A stretch of DNA of 64,000 nucleotides from Eledone cirrhosa. Taxonomy: Eukaryota. The notes under the pieces were generated by a model. It was given only the letters and a program-made list of their open reading frames with translations. It was not told where the DNA came from and searched no databases. Position 1 is the stretch's first letter. Each line of letters begins with the position of its first letter. The stretch lies in the NCBI GenBank assembly GCA_964016885.1, contig OZ024750.1, positions 5,766,001 to 5,830,000 on the forward strand, given 5' to 3'. Below, in pieces: positions 29,461 through 43,578 of the stretch. A program made the position numbers and the translations under genes.

Positions 29461-30299
29461 ATACTTATTAGTGTCTACGTATCTATATATGTAGCTGAGT
29501 ATTGTTATTTGTTTTTTAGTGTTAGTGTTTGTGCATCAGGAACCTGTAGCGGAGTTTTTTTTATATATTTGTGTGAAATGTATTATATTTCTTTTCAGAT
29601 TGGCCGACAAGTTATCAAGTGACATAGTAAATTTGTGCTTTATTATGTTCATGTTTCGTGTTGGTGACACTAATTGTATCTGGCATAAAACATTAACGTT
29701 TCTTTGGGACTTGTGCTGCTACAGTAATACCGTGGTTAAACTATACACAGGAACGTATGTAGAATCGAGATTTAACTGTTTTGTTTAAAGCAGTATAATG
29801 AATGTTTATGCCAACTATGTAAGAATATATACCTGTCTATATCCTCAGAAAGTCAGAGGAAGAGTATTATTTATTCATTCATTTATTTATTCAATTTAAA
29901 GGTTCGTATAGAGCTAGTAAGACATGTCAGACTAGGAGAAGAGTCAAGTACTCCTTATAGTTGGTAATTAAAAAGAGCTAGTGAGACAAGTAATAAAAAA
30001 AAAAATTAAAAAGGGAAGAAGAAATAAAAATAAAAATTTCAAATATTGAACGGAAATGGGAGTTCGATTATGCATAAGAAAACGAAAAGGAAAAGAGGAA
30101 AGAAGGGAAGCTGCAAAACATCTAGAAGTTTCTATTGAATCATTTCGTAGCTTACATATACTCAAAGATTTTGTAATCATATATTGAACTTCCAATCTTG
30201 GTAGTTTGTTAAAGATTGGTTTCAATATGACCTCTCTCTCAGACTGATAGTTTCTACATTGGAACAAATAGTGCCAAAGAGTTTGTGGGGAGTCAGCAC

Positions 30300-30500
30300 A
30301 AGAACATAAAGGTGAATCTCTACATGTTTATTAGCAATGGTTGAACCTGTCTTTTTATATCCTTGTGAGGCATGAACACTCACACACAAGTTTGAAGATC
30401 AGCTATATAGAATGTTTCCATATGTAACAGATGTTCCTTAACGTTACTTGGAAGAGACCAGAACCACCAACCTAACATACAGATTCTGTGTGGACCATCT
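30300..30500 (+). pseudogene. Decayed RTE-clade LINE fragment (region C-terminal to the RT domain)
   Basis: Hand translation across stops and frameshifts gives VEPVFLYPCEA*TLTHKFEDQL...LNVTWK, resembling the RTE motif VESVLLYGCEAWTLT...LNVSW. Confidence 0.6.
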
Positions 30501-30754
30501 GTACTTTTAGCCCAAATTATAGATGATCTGTATTTTTAGCCAAAAATATAGATGGCCTTTGAATAATCAAACCGTGCATCTCTCGTAATAACATGTACAT
30601 AAATTGTACAAATAGATGTGTGTTTTGGTAGTTTGGGGAGAAAAATATAAGTATTGGGGCTCCATGGCCCCCTGCTACCCCCCATTTCCAACGCTCCTGA
30701 TATATACATATATATTTATGTATATATCTCTCTCTCTCTCTCACTATATATATA

Positions 30755-30886
30755 TAACGAAGGAAATGTGGTAAGGAACCAGGTGGACCATAACGCACCA
30801 AAGTACTCAATACTTAGGGTAGTAGAGTGGGTAATATATATATAGTAATAATAATAAATGTGAAGACTAAAATCTGTTATTTTAAT
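30755..30886. mobile_element. Adjacent family E tail (30755-30835) and family F deletion derivative (30843-30886)
   Basis: Matches 8037-8118 and both ends of 27370-27657. Confidence 0.8.
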
Positions 30887-30976
30887 ATATATATATAAGA
30901 AACTGAGGGTTTTTTTTAAATGAAAAAAAAAGACGAGATGTTTTACACGAGTGAAAGTATCAGGAAAAGAAATCCA

Positions 30977-31071
<95 letters not shown>

Positions 31072-33174
31072 CTGAAATTCATTAATAAATAAATTAAACA
31101 TTTTATCTTCTAACTTGAACAAATTCTGTCAGCTATAGTGTTTATTGCCGACCAGTATAATTTGATATGATTAGACATAACTTCCTCCATGTCTTGTCTA
31201 GAATATTTCTTCATTATGATTCCCCCCGCACCAGCTTAAATTGTAAATCTAAATTTTCTGGCTTGCTTTCGAAGAGTGGTTTTATTAATGCATTATTTGC
31301 GATAGAAGTTATTGAAAAAAATATGAGTGTCAAGAACCTTTTATTAGCGTGCGTTGTCTAAATGATATGTTTGTGTTCCACTAAAAGCGCATTCATCTTA
31401 TGATAAGTGCTATATGTTGTTCTAACTGCCATAGATGGAAATGTTAACATAAAATGCTTTGTTTCTCATTGTTTGTATTCTTCGTCTCTTCGGTGTTACG
31501 TTGGTATGATATTTCATAAACATGGGACTATTGAAACTAAAAGCATAATGGTAAAAATTAGCGGCTCTAAGTTCAATTGAAAGGGCCAGGAAATGACAAT
31601 AAATACCAATTATTATGATAATTAATACAGTATCAACGGAAATGACATTTGTTGGTGTGTTCTGATAATGGAACTGTGTAATTTGTCATTTGCCTGAGAG
31701 GAAATGAGAGAAAAATTTCAATGTTGTTTCTATAGAATCAATCAGTCCTGTCTAAAGAAGAATGTTCTACATTTCAATGTCTACTATATTCTTATCCATG
31801 TTGAAAAAAAAAACATGGGTCTCAGTGCTTTTAAAAATACAAATATAACTAAAAAGGAGAGAAATATTTGCTAAGATTAAAGCAAAGTACAAGGATAGGG
31901 ATTTTAGACGGATTTTAGAAGACGGATGATCTTCTATAGAAATAGTACCAAATATATGTCTCATGTTTCATTCATTATTCATTTTTTTTATCTTCGAAAC
32001 CGAAAGAAGATTATTGATATTTCTGATATATTTCTAAATTTAAAATATTTCTATAATATTAGTTCTTTTGTATTGTTTTTCAGTTAGTTTTTTGCCTGAA
32101 ATTAGGTCATGTCTGCCTAATAGGATCTATTGTTAAACAGAGCTGTGGACTTGTATGAGTGACGTCATCTCAATTGTGTGACACACTAACATTTATCTAG
32201 AGATAGACACTAATAAAGACTGAATGTTATTAACCCTTTAGCATTTACATTACTCTCTATATACTATTATATTTTTATGGTAAAGGCTTATCTCACATAA
32301 TATCAAATCTATGAGATTTTGATATTATTTATTTTGAGAACAATACCTTGACATCAGTATGAGTGGCCAGTTATTACTAATTTGAACAGAAAGAGGTGAG
32401 AGAATTCTGGCCGGATACAGCTAGTTTAAATGCTAGAGAGTTTAATATGGTTGCAGTTCCGAGAAGATTAACAACATCATTTTTCTTCTTATCCCAAAAT
32501 AGCCATAAACAACTCCAACAACAGCACTAACAACAATGATTCTCATACTTTACCACTAAATATAGGTTGAAGGAAAAGTAGATTATAATATACCCCAGTA
32601 CTTCGTTTCGGAAGGATGACTTGACCGGGATTTGAACTTAGAGAGAAAAGAGTCGGAATGAAACACTGCTAACCATGTCACTCTCTATCCTTCTCTGGAA
32701 GAAACCTGCTATATTTAGACCTGGAAAGGGATTGGCCTCACCAGGTTTAGAAGTTCCCTAGACGTCAAGAAGGAGACCCTACATCCAACCATCCATCCAA
32801 ATTACATTTTATTACATTAAGTTTCTTCAGTTACAAATAAAGTATTTTACTCGTGAAAGAATAAAGTTCGATCAATAACGAACATATATCAGCCGATTGA
32901 CTAATCGGAAAGAAAATATTTTCAGGAGCAATAAAATCTCCATAATTGGATAATGATGCAGGCCACTAGAATCTATCTAGATAAGACACAGACTTAACAA
33001 GTCAACACTAAATGGGAAATAGAAACATTGAATTTAAAACTGACACATCATAAGAAAAACAGATGTGAAAGCCAGTTCTAATTATTGATCAGACCCTTAT
33101 AAGTAAATCAAAACTTAAATCCAAGTCTCGTTTGATTTAGTGTTGCGAAAATCAACAGATGATCATGATTTTCA

Positions 33175-33342
33175 AAGAAAAGAAAAGAAAAGAAAAGAAA
33201 AGAAAAGAAAAGAAAAGAAAAGAAAAGAAAAGAAAAGAAAAGAAAAGAAAAGAAAAGAAAAGAAAAGAAAAGAAAAGAAAAGAAAAGAAAAGAAAAGAAA
33301 AGAAAAAAAAAGAAAAGAAAAGAAAAGAAAAGAAAAGAAAAG

Positions 33343-33376
<34 letters not shown>

Positions 33377-33390
33377 GAAAAAAAAAGAAG
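33175..33390. repeat. (AAAAG)n pentanucleotide repeat
   Basis: Seen directly. Confidence 0.95.
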
Positions 33391-33696
33391 GAGATAATGA
33401 ATATTTAGAAAGCAGAATCTACCAAATCAAATTGTTCTAGAAATGGTTCCATACTAAACAACTAAAGTGGTGCCAATGTCAGGCATTAACTGATTATAAA
33501 AGTTGACAAACCAATAACTAATTAATCATTTGAAAAGTAACTCATTTTCCATGTGTTAAAAACATATTTAGTGGTGATGTAGAATCTGTTTCATTTTTAT
33601 GTGACACTGGCAGCCGAATGATCGGAATATCACTATATTATAACGTGTTAGTGTTCAAATCCAGGCAATATATATATATATTGCCTGGATGATTTG

Positions 33697-34562
<866 letters not shown>

Positions 34563-35292
34563 GACATCAACTAAGCAAAATTAATTTAAGCAATATATGT
34601 ATGCTTCTGTATATTTACATAAATATATACATATATGTATATATTTACATAAATATATACATATATGTATGTGTCTAAACACACGTAGGCGTGGAACAGT
34701 CGAATAAATCGAGCTAATACTTAGAGTCTACATGACTGAAAAGCAATGCTGATCCCCATAGGGTTTGAACGTAAATAGATAGAACTAGATAAGTATAAAG
34801 AAAGTGCTCAGGCGCAGAAATGCTGTAAAGATATCTTTCTTTATTTGCCACAAGGACGTACAAAAATGGAACATTACAAGACCTGACGGCGGGGGGGGGG
34901 GGGACATTACAAGACGTAACGGCGGGGGCTTTACATAAAAATCAATCAACTTTAACATTAATAAATAACAATAAACTATATATAATAAAATAACAATTGA
35001 AATCCCCAATAGGGGGAACGTTACTGCAGGGTTGTTTTACATCCCGTGGATAGAACAATCCTCAACACCAGGAACACGTTTTGTAGGTGTTCCCGTCTCC
35101 CCTCTGTTTATCTTCCTCAACCTACAGGCTGTAAAGATAGCTTATAAAATAGGCTGAAGCCCCCAAAAGGACGGAAAAAAGTAGCCATCAGCTGCTATGA
35201 GGAATTGAACTGCATATCTTCCAGATATTGGCCAGAACTGGATAGCGGCAGCTACTTTGTACCACAAGACATATTCCAATACTCCACCATCA

Positions 35293-35835
35293 ATCATTGT
35301 TTCTACTTTTGGTACAAGGCCAGCAATTACCCAGTGCATTACTGGTACTTTATTTTATCGACCCCCGTAAGGATGAAAGGTAAAATTAACCTCGGCAGGA
35401 TTTGAACTCAGACAGTATATAATAATTGTTTCTACATTTAGCACAAGGCCAGTAATTATCCCAGTGCATTACTGGTACTTTATTTTATCGACCCCGTAAG
35501 GATGAAAGGCAAAGTTAACTGCGGCGCAATTTGAACTCAGATCATAAAGCGGCGTAACTCTGTGCTACAAAGCATAACGTCCGACCCTCTTCCGATACTG
35601 CCAATCCAATGTTTTCTGCTTTAGGCATAAGATCCGCAATTTTAGGGAAAGGGGGAAATTAACCTTCAATATTTAATTAAATCAGACCCAGTACATGACT
35701 GCTACCATATTTTATCGAGCCCTAAGGATGAAATATAAAGTTGACTTCGGTAGGATTTGAACTCAGAACGTAAATATTATAGCTTGAAGAAATACTACGT
35801 AGTATTTACTCCGATACTTTGCCGATTCGACCAGT
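35293..35835 (-). mobile_element. Three head-to-tail family A SINEs
   Basis: Copies at about 35293-35412, 35420-35610 and 35612-35835 (older, more diverged). Confidence 0.85.
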
Positions 35836-36499
35836 CCATTACACTATCAACTTGACAATAATAATAATGCTATTTCAAATTACAAGAACTGTCCGTATGT
35901 GTGTTATGTTTAACATTTCAAAGTAATTCTTAAAATTGACAGTAATGACATGAAGTTCAAGTTATATAAATAATAAGCAAACCAGTCTATGTCACTATTT
36001 GTATATGATTTAACCAATTTCTCTTAATATGGTTGCTAACTACACTGTATAAATGTAAATCTATAAAGTACTATAATCGTACAAGGATATGAAACTGTCC
36101 CAACGAAAGCTGGTGTTAATCTCGGCAAAGTAATTGAAATGATTCAGCAGTGTCTTAAATTATATTTGAAGTGAAGACTTAATACTGTAAACGAAATACT
36201 ATCAAAGCCGATGGTTATTCATTACCATACAGTTTGCTGTCAGGAGATGTTTATTCGGATATAAGTAGATTAGTAGAGATGTTCAACCTGTATAAATACA
36301 TCGATTGATCAAACCTGGCTTTCTTTGACTATCTAATCTAAGCTTAGCACTCACTACAAAATGTGCAGATATTGCTTATATACAATTCGGTGCAGAATTT
36401 AGGTTTAAATATGTGCAAGCATGACTAACTTCATCATATCTTTTCTTGATACATTTAAATTCATTTCAATGGGCTAAGCATTAACATGAGCTGTATTTT

Positions 36500-37160
36500 A
36501 ATAATAATTGTTTCTACTTTTGGCACAAGGCCAGCAATTACCCAGTACATTACTGGTACTTTATTTTATCGACCCCGCAAGGATGAAAGGCAAAGTTAAC
36601 TTCGACAATAATAATAACACTAATGGTTTCTACTACAGGCACAAGGCCAGCAATTTAGGGGAGGTGAAAGTCGATTAAAATCGATCTCCTGCGTGACTGG
36701 TACTTTATTTTAGTCCAACACCTCCGCTTATTAAATTTTGCTAATCTATATCGAAATTTTATTGTAAGTGATTCAGCAGCTGGAGAATCTAATAATTGTT
36801 TCTACTTTTGGCACAAGGCCAGCAACTCTCCCAGTGTATTACTGGTACTTTATTTTATCGACCCCCGTAAGGATGAAAGGTAAAGTTAAACTCGGCGGGA
36901 TTTGAACTCAGATCATAAAGGGCCATAACTCTATGCTGCAAAGTATGGCGTCTGACCCTCTACCGATACTGCCAATCCACCCCCCCTGAGCTATATTATG
37001 ATAACAACAACAATAATGATTTCCACTATAGGCACAAGTCCAGCTTTTTAGGAGAGGAGAAAGTAGATTAAATCGTCCCCAGTGCATTACTGGTGCTTTA
37101 TCGACACCGTAAGGATGAAAGGCAAAGCAAACGTCGGTGGGATTTGAACTCAGAACGTAA
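36500..37160 (-). mobile_element. Cluster of four same-orientation family A SINE copies or fragments
   Basis: Copies at about 36500-36603, 36620-36712, 36790-36980 and 37010-37160. Confidence 0.85.
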
Positions 37161-37300
37161 AGTTTCTGTTTGCAAAATCCCACTCACAATTGTTTTAAGC
37201 CTTGGGATCGAATTAGGGGCCACGGGCGTACAAAGTTAATTTTTTAATCAAATGATTATAATTATTTTTGACAACTATATTTGACAACTCTGAATTACAC

Positions 37301-40300
37301 GTGGTTAGGGTGTTCAGTGTGGTTAGGGTGTTCAGTGTGGTTAGGGTGTTCAGGGTGGTTAGGGTGTTCAGTGTGGTTAGGGTGTTCAGTGTGGTTAGGG
37401 TGTTCAGTGTGGTTAGGGTGTTCAGTGTGGTTAGGGTGTTCAGTGTGGTTAGGGTGTTCAGGGTGGTTAGGGTGTTCAGTGTGGTTAGGGTGTTCAGTGT
37501 GGTTAGGGTGTTCAGTGTGGTTAGGGTGTTCAGTGTGGTTAGGGTGTTCAGTGTGGTTAGGGTGTTCAGTGTGGTTAGGGTGTTCAGGGTGGTTAGGGTG
37601 TTCAGTGTGGTTAGGGTGTTCAGGGTGGTTAGGGTGTTCAGTGTGGTTAGGGTGTTCAGTGTGGTTAGGGTGTTCAGTGTGGTTAGGGTGTTCAGTGTGG
37701 TTAGGGTGTTCAGGGTGGTTAGGGTGTTCAGTGTGGTTAGGGTGTTCAGTGTGGTTAGGGTGTTCAGTGTGGTTAGGGTGTTCAGGGTGGTTAGGGTGTT
37801 CAGTGTGGTTAGGGTGTTCAGTGTGGTTAGGGTTAGGGTTAGGGTGTTCAGTGTGGTTAGGGTGTTCAGTGTGGTTAGGGTGTTCAGTGTGGTTAGGGTG
37901 TTCAGTGTGGTTAGGGTGTTCAGGGTGGTTAGGGTGTTCAGTGTGGTTAGGGTGTTCAGTGTGGTTAGGGTTAGGGTTAGGGTGTTCAGTGTGGTTAGGG
38001 TGTTCAGTGTGGTTAGGGTGTTCAGTGTGGTTAGGGTGTTCAGGGTGGTTAGGGTGTTCAGTGTGGTTAGGGTGTTCAGGGTGGTTAGGGTGTTCAGGGT
38101 GGTTAGGGTGTTCAGTGTGGTTAGGGTGTTCAGGGTGGTTAGGGTGTTCAGTGTGGTTAGGGTGTTCAGGGTGGTTAGGGTGTTCAGTGTGGTTAGGGTG
38201 TTCAGGGTGGTTAGGGTGTTCAGGGTGGTTAGGGTGTTCAGTGTGGTTAGGGTGTTCAGTGTGGTTAGGGTGTTCAGTGTGGTTAGGGTGTTCAGTGTGG
38301 TTAGGGTGTTCAGGGTGGTTAGGGTGTTCAGGGTGGTTAGGGTGTTCAGTGTGGTTAGGGTGTTCAGGGTGGTTAGGGTGTTCAGGGTGGTTAGGGTGTT
38401 CAGGGTGGTTAGGGTGTTCAGTGTGGTTAGGGTGTTCAGGGTGGTTAGGGTGTTCAGTGTGGTTAGGGTGTTCAGGGTGGTTAGGGTGTTCAGTGTGGTT
38501 AGGGTGTTCAGGGTGGTTAGGGTGTTCAGTGTGGTTAGGGTGTTCAGGGTGGTTAGGGTGTTCAGTGTGGTTAGGGTGTTCAGGGTGGTTAGGGTGTTCA
38601 GTGTGGTTAGGGTGTTCAGGGTGGTTAGGGTGTTCAGTGTGGTTAGGGTGTTCAGGGTGGTTAGGGTGTTCAGGGTGGTTAGGGCGTTCAGTGTGGTTAG
38701 GGTGTTCAGGGTGGTTAGGGTGTTCAGTGTGGTTAGGGTGTTCAGTGTGGTTAGGGTGTTCAGGGTGGTTAGGGTGTTCAGTGTGGTTAGGGTGTTCAGG
38801 GTGGTTAGGGTGTTCAGTGTGGTTAGGGTGTTCAGTGTGGTTAGGGTGTTCAGTGTGGTTAGGGTGTTCAGGGTGGTTAGGGTGTTCAGTGTGGTTAGGG
38901 TGTTCAGTGTGGTTAGGGTGTTCAGTGTGGTTAGGGTGTTCAGTGTGGTTAGGGTGTTCAGTGTGGTTAGGGTGTTCAGTGTGGTTAGGGTGTTCAGGGT
39001 GGTTAGGGTGTTCAGTGTGGTTAGGGTGTTCAGTGTGGTTAGGGTGTTCAGTGTGGTTAGGGTGTTCAGTGTGGTTAGGGTGTTCAGTGTGGTTAGGGTG
39101 TTCAGGGTGGTTAGGGTGTTCAGTGTGGTTAGGGTGTTCAGTGTGGTTAGGGTGTTCAGGGTGGTTAGGGTGTTCAGGGTGGTTAGGGTGTTCAGGGTGG
39201 TTAGGGTGTTCAGGGTGGTTAGGGTGTTCAGGGTGGTTAGGGTGTTCAGTGTGGTTAGGGTGTTCAGGGTGGTTAGGGTGTTCAGTGTGGTTAGGGTGTT
39301 CAGGGTGGTTAGGGTGTTCAGGGTGGTTAGGGTGTTCAGTGTGGTTAGGGTGTTCAGGGTGGTTAGGGTGTTCAGTGTGGTTAGGGTGTTCAGGGTGGTT
39401 AGGGTGTTCAGGGTGGTTAGGGTGTTCAGTGTGGTTAGGGTGTTCAGGGTGGTTAGGGTGTTCAGTGTGGTTAGGGTGTTCAGGGTGGTTAGGGTGTTCA
39501 GGGTGGTTAGGGTGTTCAGGGTGGTTAGGGTGTTCAGGGTGGTTAGGGTGTTCAGGGTGGTTAGGGTGTTCAGGGTGGTTAGGGTGTTCAGGGTGGTTAG
39601 GGTGTTCAGTGTGGTTAGGGTGTTCAGGGTGGTTAGGGTGTTCAGGGTGGTTAGGGTGTTCAGGGTGGTTAGGGTGTTCAGGGTGGTTAGGGTGTTCAGG
39701 GTGGTTAGGGTGTTCAGGGTGGTTAGGGTGTTCAGGGTGGTTAGGGTGTTCAGGGTGGTTAGGGCGTTCAGGGTGGTTAGGGCGTTCAGTGTGGTTAGGG
39801 TGTTCAGTGTGGTTAGGGTGTTCAGTGTGGTTAGGGTGTTCAGTGTGGTTAGGGTGTTCAGGGTGGTTAGGGTGTTCAGGGTGGTTAGGGTGTTCAGGGT
39901 GGTTAGGGTGTTCAGGGTGGTTAGGGTGTTCAGGGTGGTTAGGGTGTTCAGGGTGGTTAGGGCGTTCAGTGTGGTTAGGGTGTTCAGTGTGGTTAGGGTG
40001 TTCAGGGTGGTTAGGGTGTTCAGGGTGGTTAGGGTGTTCAGGGTGGTTAGGGTGTTCAGGGTGGTTAGGGTGTTCAGGGTGGTTAGGGTGTTCAGGGTGG
40101 TTAGGGTGTTCAGGGTGGTTAGGGTGTTCAGGGTGGTTAGGGTGTTCAGGGTGGTTAGGGTGTTCAGTGTGGTTAGGGTGTTCAGGGTGGTTAGGGTGTT
40201 CAGTGTGGTTAGGGTGTTCAGGGTGGTTAGGGTGTTCAGTGTGGTTAGGGTGTTCAGGGTGGTTAGGGTGTTCAGGGTGGTTAGGGTGTTCAGGGTGGTT

Positions 40301-40528
40301 AGGGTGTTCAGGGTGGTTAGGGTGTTCAGGGTGGTTAGGGTGTTCAGGGTGGTTAGGGTGTTCAGGGTGGTTAGGGTGTTCAGGGTGGTTAGGGTGTTCA
40401 GGGTGGTTAGGGTGTTCAGGGTGGTTAGGGTGTTCAGGGTGGTTAGGGTGTTCAGTGTGGTTAGGGTGTTCAGGGTGGTTAGGGTGTTCAGTGTGGTTAG
40501 GGTTAGGGTTAGGGTTAGGGTGTTCAGT
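37301..40528. repeat. 18-bp satellite GTGGTTAGGGTGTTCAG(T/G), about 177 units, each containing telomeric TTAGGG
   Basis: Seen directly; pure (TTAGGG)3 at 37827-37844 and 37965-37982 and (TTAGGG)4 at 40497-40520. Confidence 0.97.
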
Positions 40529-40805
40529 TGAGGAGGTCAGGTAGCAAGTTCGATGCTTTGTATCCTTGATCAAGACACCTTTTTTTAAAGTTATTTCTGC
40601 TGTTATAAAGAGTTGTGTCCGTAATTCAAAAGACAGGCCTTGTTACATGCTGTGACACGCTGAATCTCCCTAAGAACCGAATAACTACATCAAGAGTACA
40701 CGTGTCTGTTGACTGCTCAACCATTTACACATTAATTTCAAAAGCAGCCGGTTCCGGTGATCAAACAGCTGGTTTACACAATTCGTCGTAATTGACGGAG
40801 GTCCA
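40529..40805 (+). mobile_element. Body of a CORE-type SINE (tail type C) directly after the satellite
   Basis: B-box-like CAAGTTCGAT, CORE-like TGTATCCTTGATCAAGACAC and tail ...GCTGAATCTCCC...GACGGAG. Confidence 0.75.
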
Positions 40806-41149
40806 ATAATGGTTTATGAGAACTATCATAGATTTTTCTGGGAATGTTTATTTACGATAGACTTTCTTTCTACCCAGGGGTAGATTTATCTTTCATCCAC
40901 TTCACCCCTCTATAAAACCCAAGTAGAAGCAACTGTTAAGAACCCCCCGGGAGCAACAAATGGATTTATATAAAAAGTAATGAGAATTACAGTTGAAGTT
41001 CAATATGTTAAAGTCATTTTAATAATTTATAAGATTTATAACATACATAATTGTATAATAGAAGCTTCTTGTGAACTAAATCAGTAGCCTGTGTGCATTT
41101 CTAACTGTTTTCATTCAATTTATGTCCTCATGTGTTTATTGGGGGAGAG

Positions 41150-41430
41150 GGACATCCGTCGCTTCCGACGAGAGCCCGCACTCGAAAAGAAACCGAGTAT
41201 TCTACAGACACGGGGTCGGTCACCGTAGTTCTAAAGGAGAACAATCATGACACAATGTGTGATAAAGATGGTCTGGATTATTACAGATACAACTAATTTT
41301 TGTCAGATATGTTGATTATAGCCACAGGAAATATAGTATCTTATTCAAACACACACACACTGCCGGCTATCGAACAAACGACCATACGATTGTAAACCAA
41401 ACATCTTAACCATTAAGCCACGCGCCTTCG
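41150..41430 (-). mobile_element. Decayed CORE-type SINE (tail type C)
   Basis: Head CTTAACCATTAAGCCACGCGCCTTC at 41405-41429 and tail CCGTCGCTTCCGACGA. Confidence 0.65.
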
Positions 41431-42326
41431 TGCTTCTCTCCTTAATGTCCAAGTCGAAATCATGACTGACACAAATTCTCAATTTTTCTTCTCAATAAAT
41501 ATGAAGACTTCTGCATATGGAAGAAATCAATACGCAATATGTATAATGGCGTGACAACAAAACAGTGACAACACTGCATCTCCCATTAACTCTATGCCCC
41601 ATATCATCGAAATGTGTAGCGACTACACTTCACCCCCAGCTGCGACCAAATGCTTTAATTTTTCTGCTTCACTGAGTACATATGTGTTGGTAACATGTTC
41701 TCGATGACAGACGTTTAAAGTACTTGTATATGAAACATATTGCTGACATCCCAATCATGCATATAGCATACATCCATTAGAAAGGAAGAGTTTGACAGCA
41801 ACAAAATAAACAGCCATACATACATTTTGGAAAGCTCATATGGGATTCTATTTATAAATCAAAGTATGTACATAGTATTCACATAAACGTTTACTGAGTT
41901 TAAACAATGGATTTATTGCTATCAAATGATATTATATGTCTGAGTAGTAAAATGATGTTTATTATCATGAAGTCATAATAATTATGGTCAGTATTATTAT
42001 ATCTCTTTTACTCGTAAAAGATCTCCAAGAATACGGAATAATTATCTATTACCATCGCTTGATACTCGGTCAGTTCACACAAAATGTCTGACATTAGCCG
42101 AAGAATAATATTTTCTTTAGAAGGTGACATCATAGGATAAATTTACAACTTTCTCACGTACCTTTGAAATATTATTCTCAATATGTTCCTTACCCAATCA
42201 TTACCAAAGTGCTAGGTTCTCGTATCCAACGGTGAAAAACACACTTCTGTTGTTGAAATTGCTATAATATACATTAATATGTGTGTGTGTGTGGATGTAA
42301 ATGTACCCCTCTCTGTATTCATTGTG

Positions 42327-42397
<71 letters not shown>

Positions 42398-42405
42398 GTG
42401 TGTAC

Positions 42406-42457
<52 letters not shown>

Positions 42458-43469
42458 CGAGAGAGAGAGAGAGAGAGAAACATAAATACATACATATTTA
42501 TATATTATACATAGAAGTGTGTGCACAGACATATGTACATATGTACGTGGTAGAAGCGGGTCAATTTAAGTCATATTGCTGTATCCTGTTACATGTAAAT
42601 ATCCAACATATGCGTCTTTCAGTGTAAAGTTAGAATCTTGTTTGTCAATCACAAATTACTAACCACCGTATATTTTCTTAAAGTGCCATCATGTTACTTG
42701 AAATTTATTTACTTCTAATCTTTTCCAACGAGTTTTGAAATCATACATATGTATATGTGTATATGTATATATTTGCTACTAGAAACAATCTGTCAGCATG
42801 CAAGCCTTCCACCTATTCATACTTGGACTGGTGAATCGACCCATTATTGGACTGCTACAATATTTATTGACCTCTAAAGATGAAAGGAAAATTTGACCTC
42901 GGTAAGATTTGAACTCGAATAACGCGCGGCATTTTATCAGAAGTTCTAACGACTCATCTCGCATCTTCGTATTTCAGTCTTTGTATCTTATGTATACTAC
43001 TTGGTTATTTAAAATTGTAGAGTTTCATACAATGAAACGATCGCAGGGTTAACCCTCCAGCTATTGCTGGTACTCATTTTCAGCTGAGTATACTAGAGTA
43101 ACATGATAGCTTATGATTTAAACCCGACGAAGTAGGGATGTATATGTTCCATCGCAGTGCGTTAATTGTAGGGAGGCCAGCACGTGGGACACCATTTGCT
43201 CACCATACGGATTAATAGGCAAAGTTATAAACTATTGTAAATGGCATTTGTTCCTGTGTTTCATATAAACAAGAAAAAAAAAAAATTTCAGAAAAAAAAA
43301 AGAATTGTTTGGTAGTAAGTTTCGAAGTTTTATTACCATAAACTAGGATTGGTTATATTGTAACTTGGAAGACATTTACTGTTTTATAAATGTGTTGAAG
43401 ATAGTTAAGAATGTCCGGAGAATATAATACATTGTTCCCTTTTGTTTTAGCATGGGTTTCCTGCTTTCA

Positions 43470-43578
43470 TTGGTAAACTACTTTTAGTTCCAACTATTGG
43501 TAAATTACTTGTAGTTACAACTATTGGTAGGTTACTAGTAGTTCCAACTATTGGTAAATTACTTGTAGTTCCAACTAA
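43470..43578. repeat. 27-bp minisatellite TTCCAACTATTGGTAAATTACTTGTAG, about 4 copies
   Basis: Seen directly. Confidence 0.85.

Noticed and set aside
40497-40520. True telomere
   Set aside because: Only four TTAGGG units, and unique sequence continues for more than 23 kb
37268-40573. Three ORFs of about 1090 aa (VVRVFS, WLGCSV, EHPNHP repeats)
   Set aside because: They follow from a stop-free 18-bp satellite being open in several frames; there is no unique coding sequence
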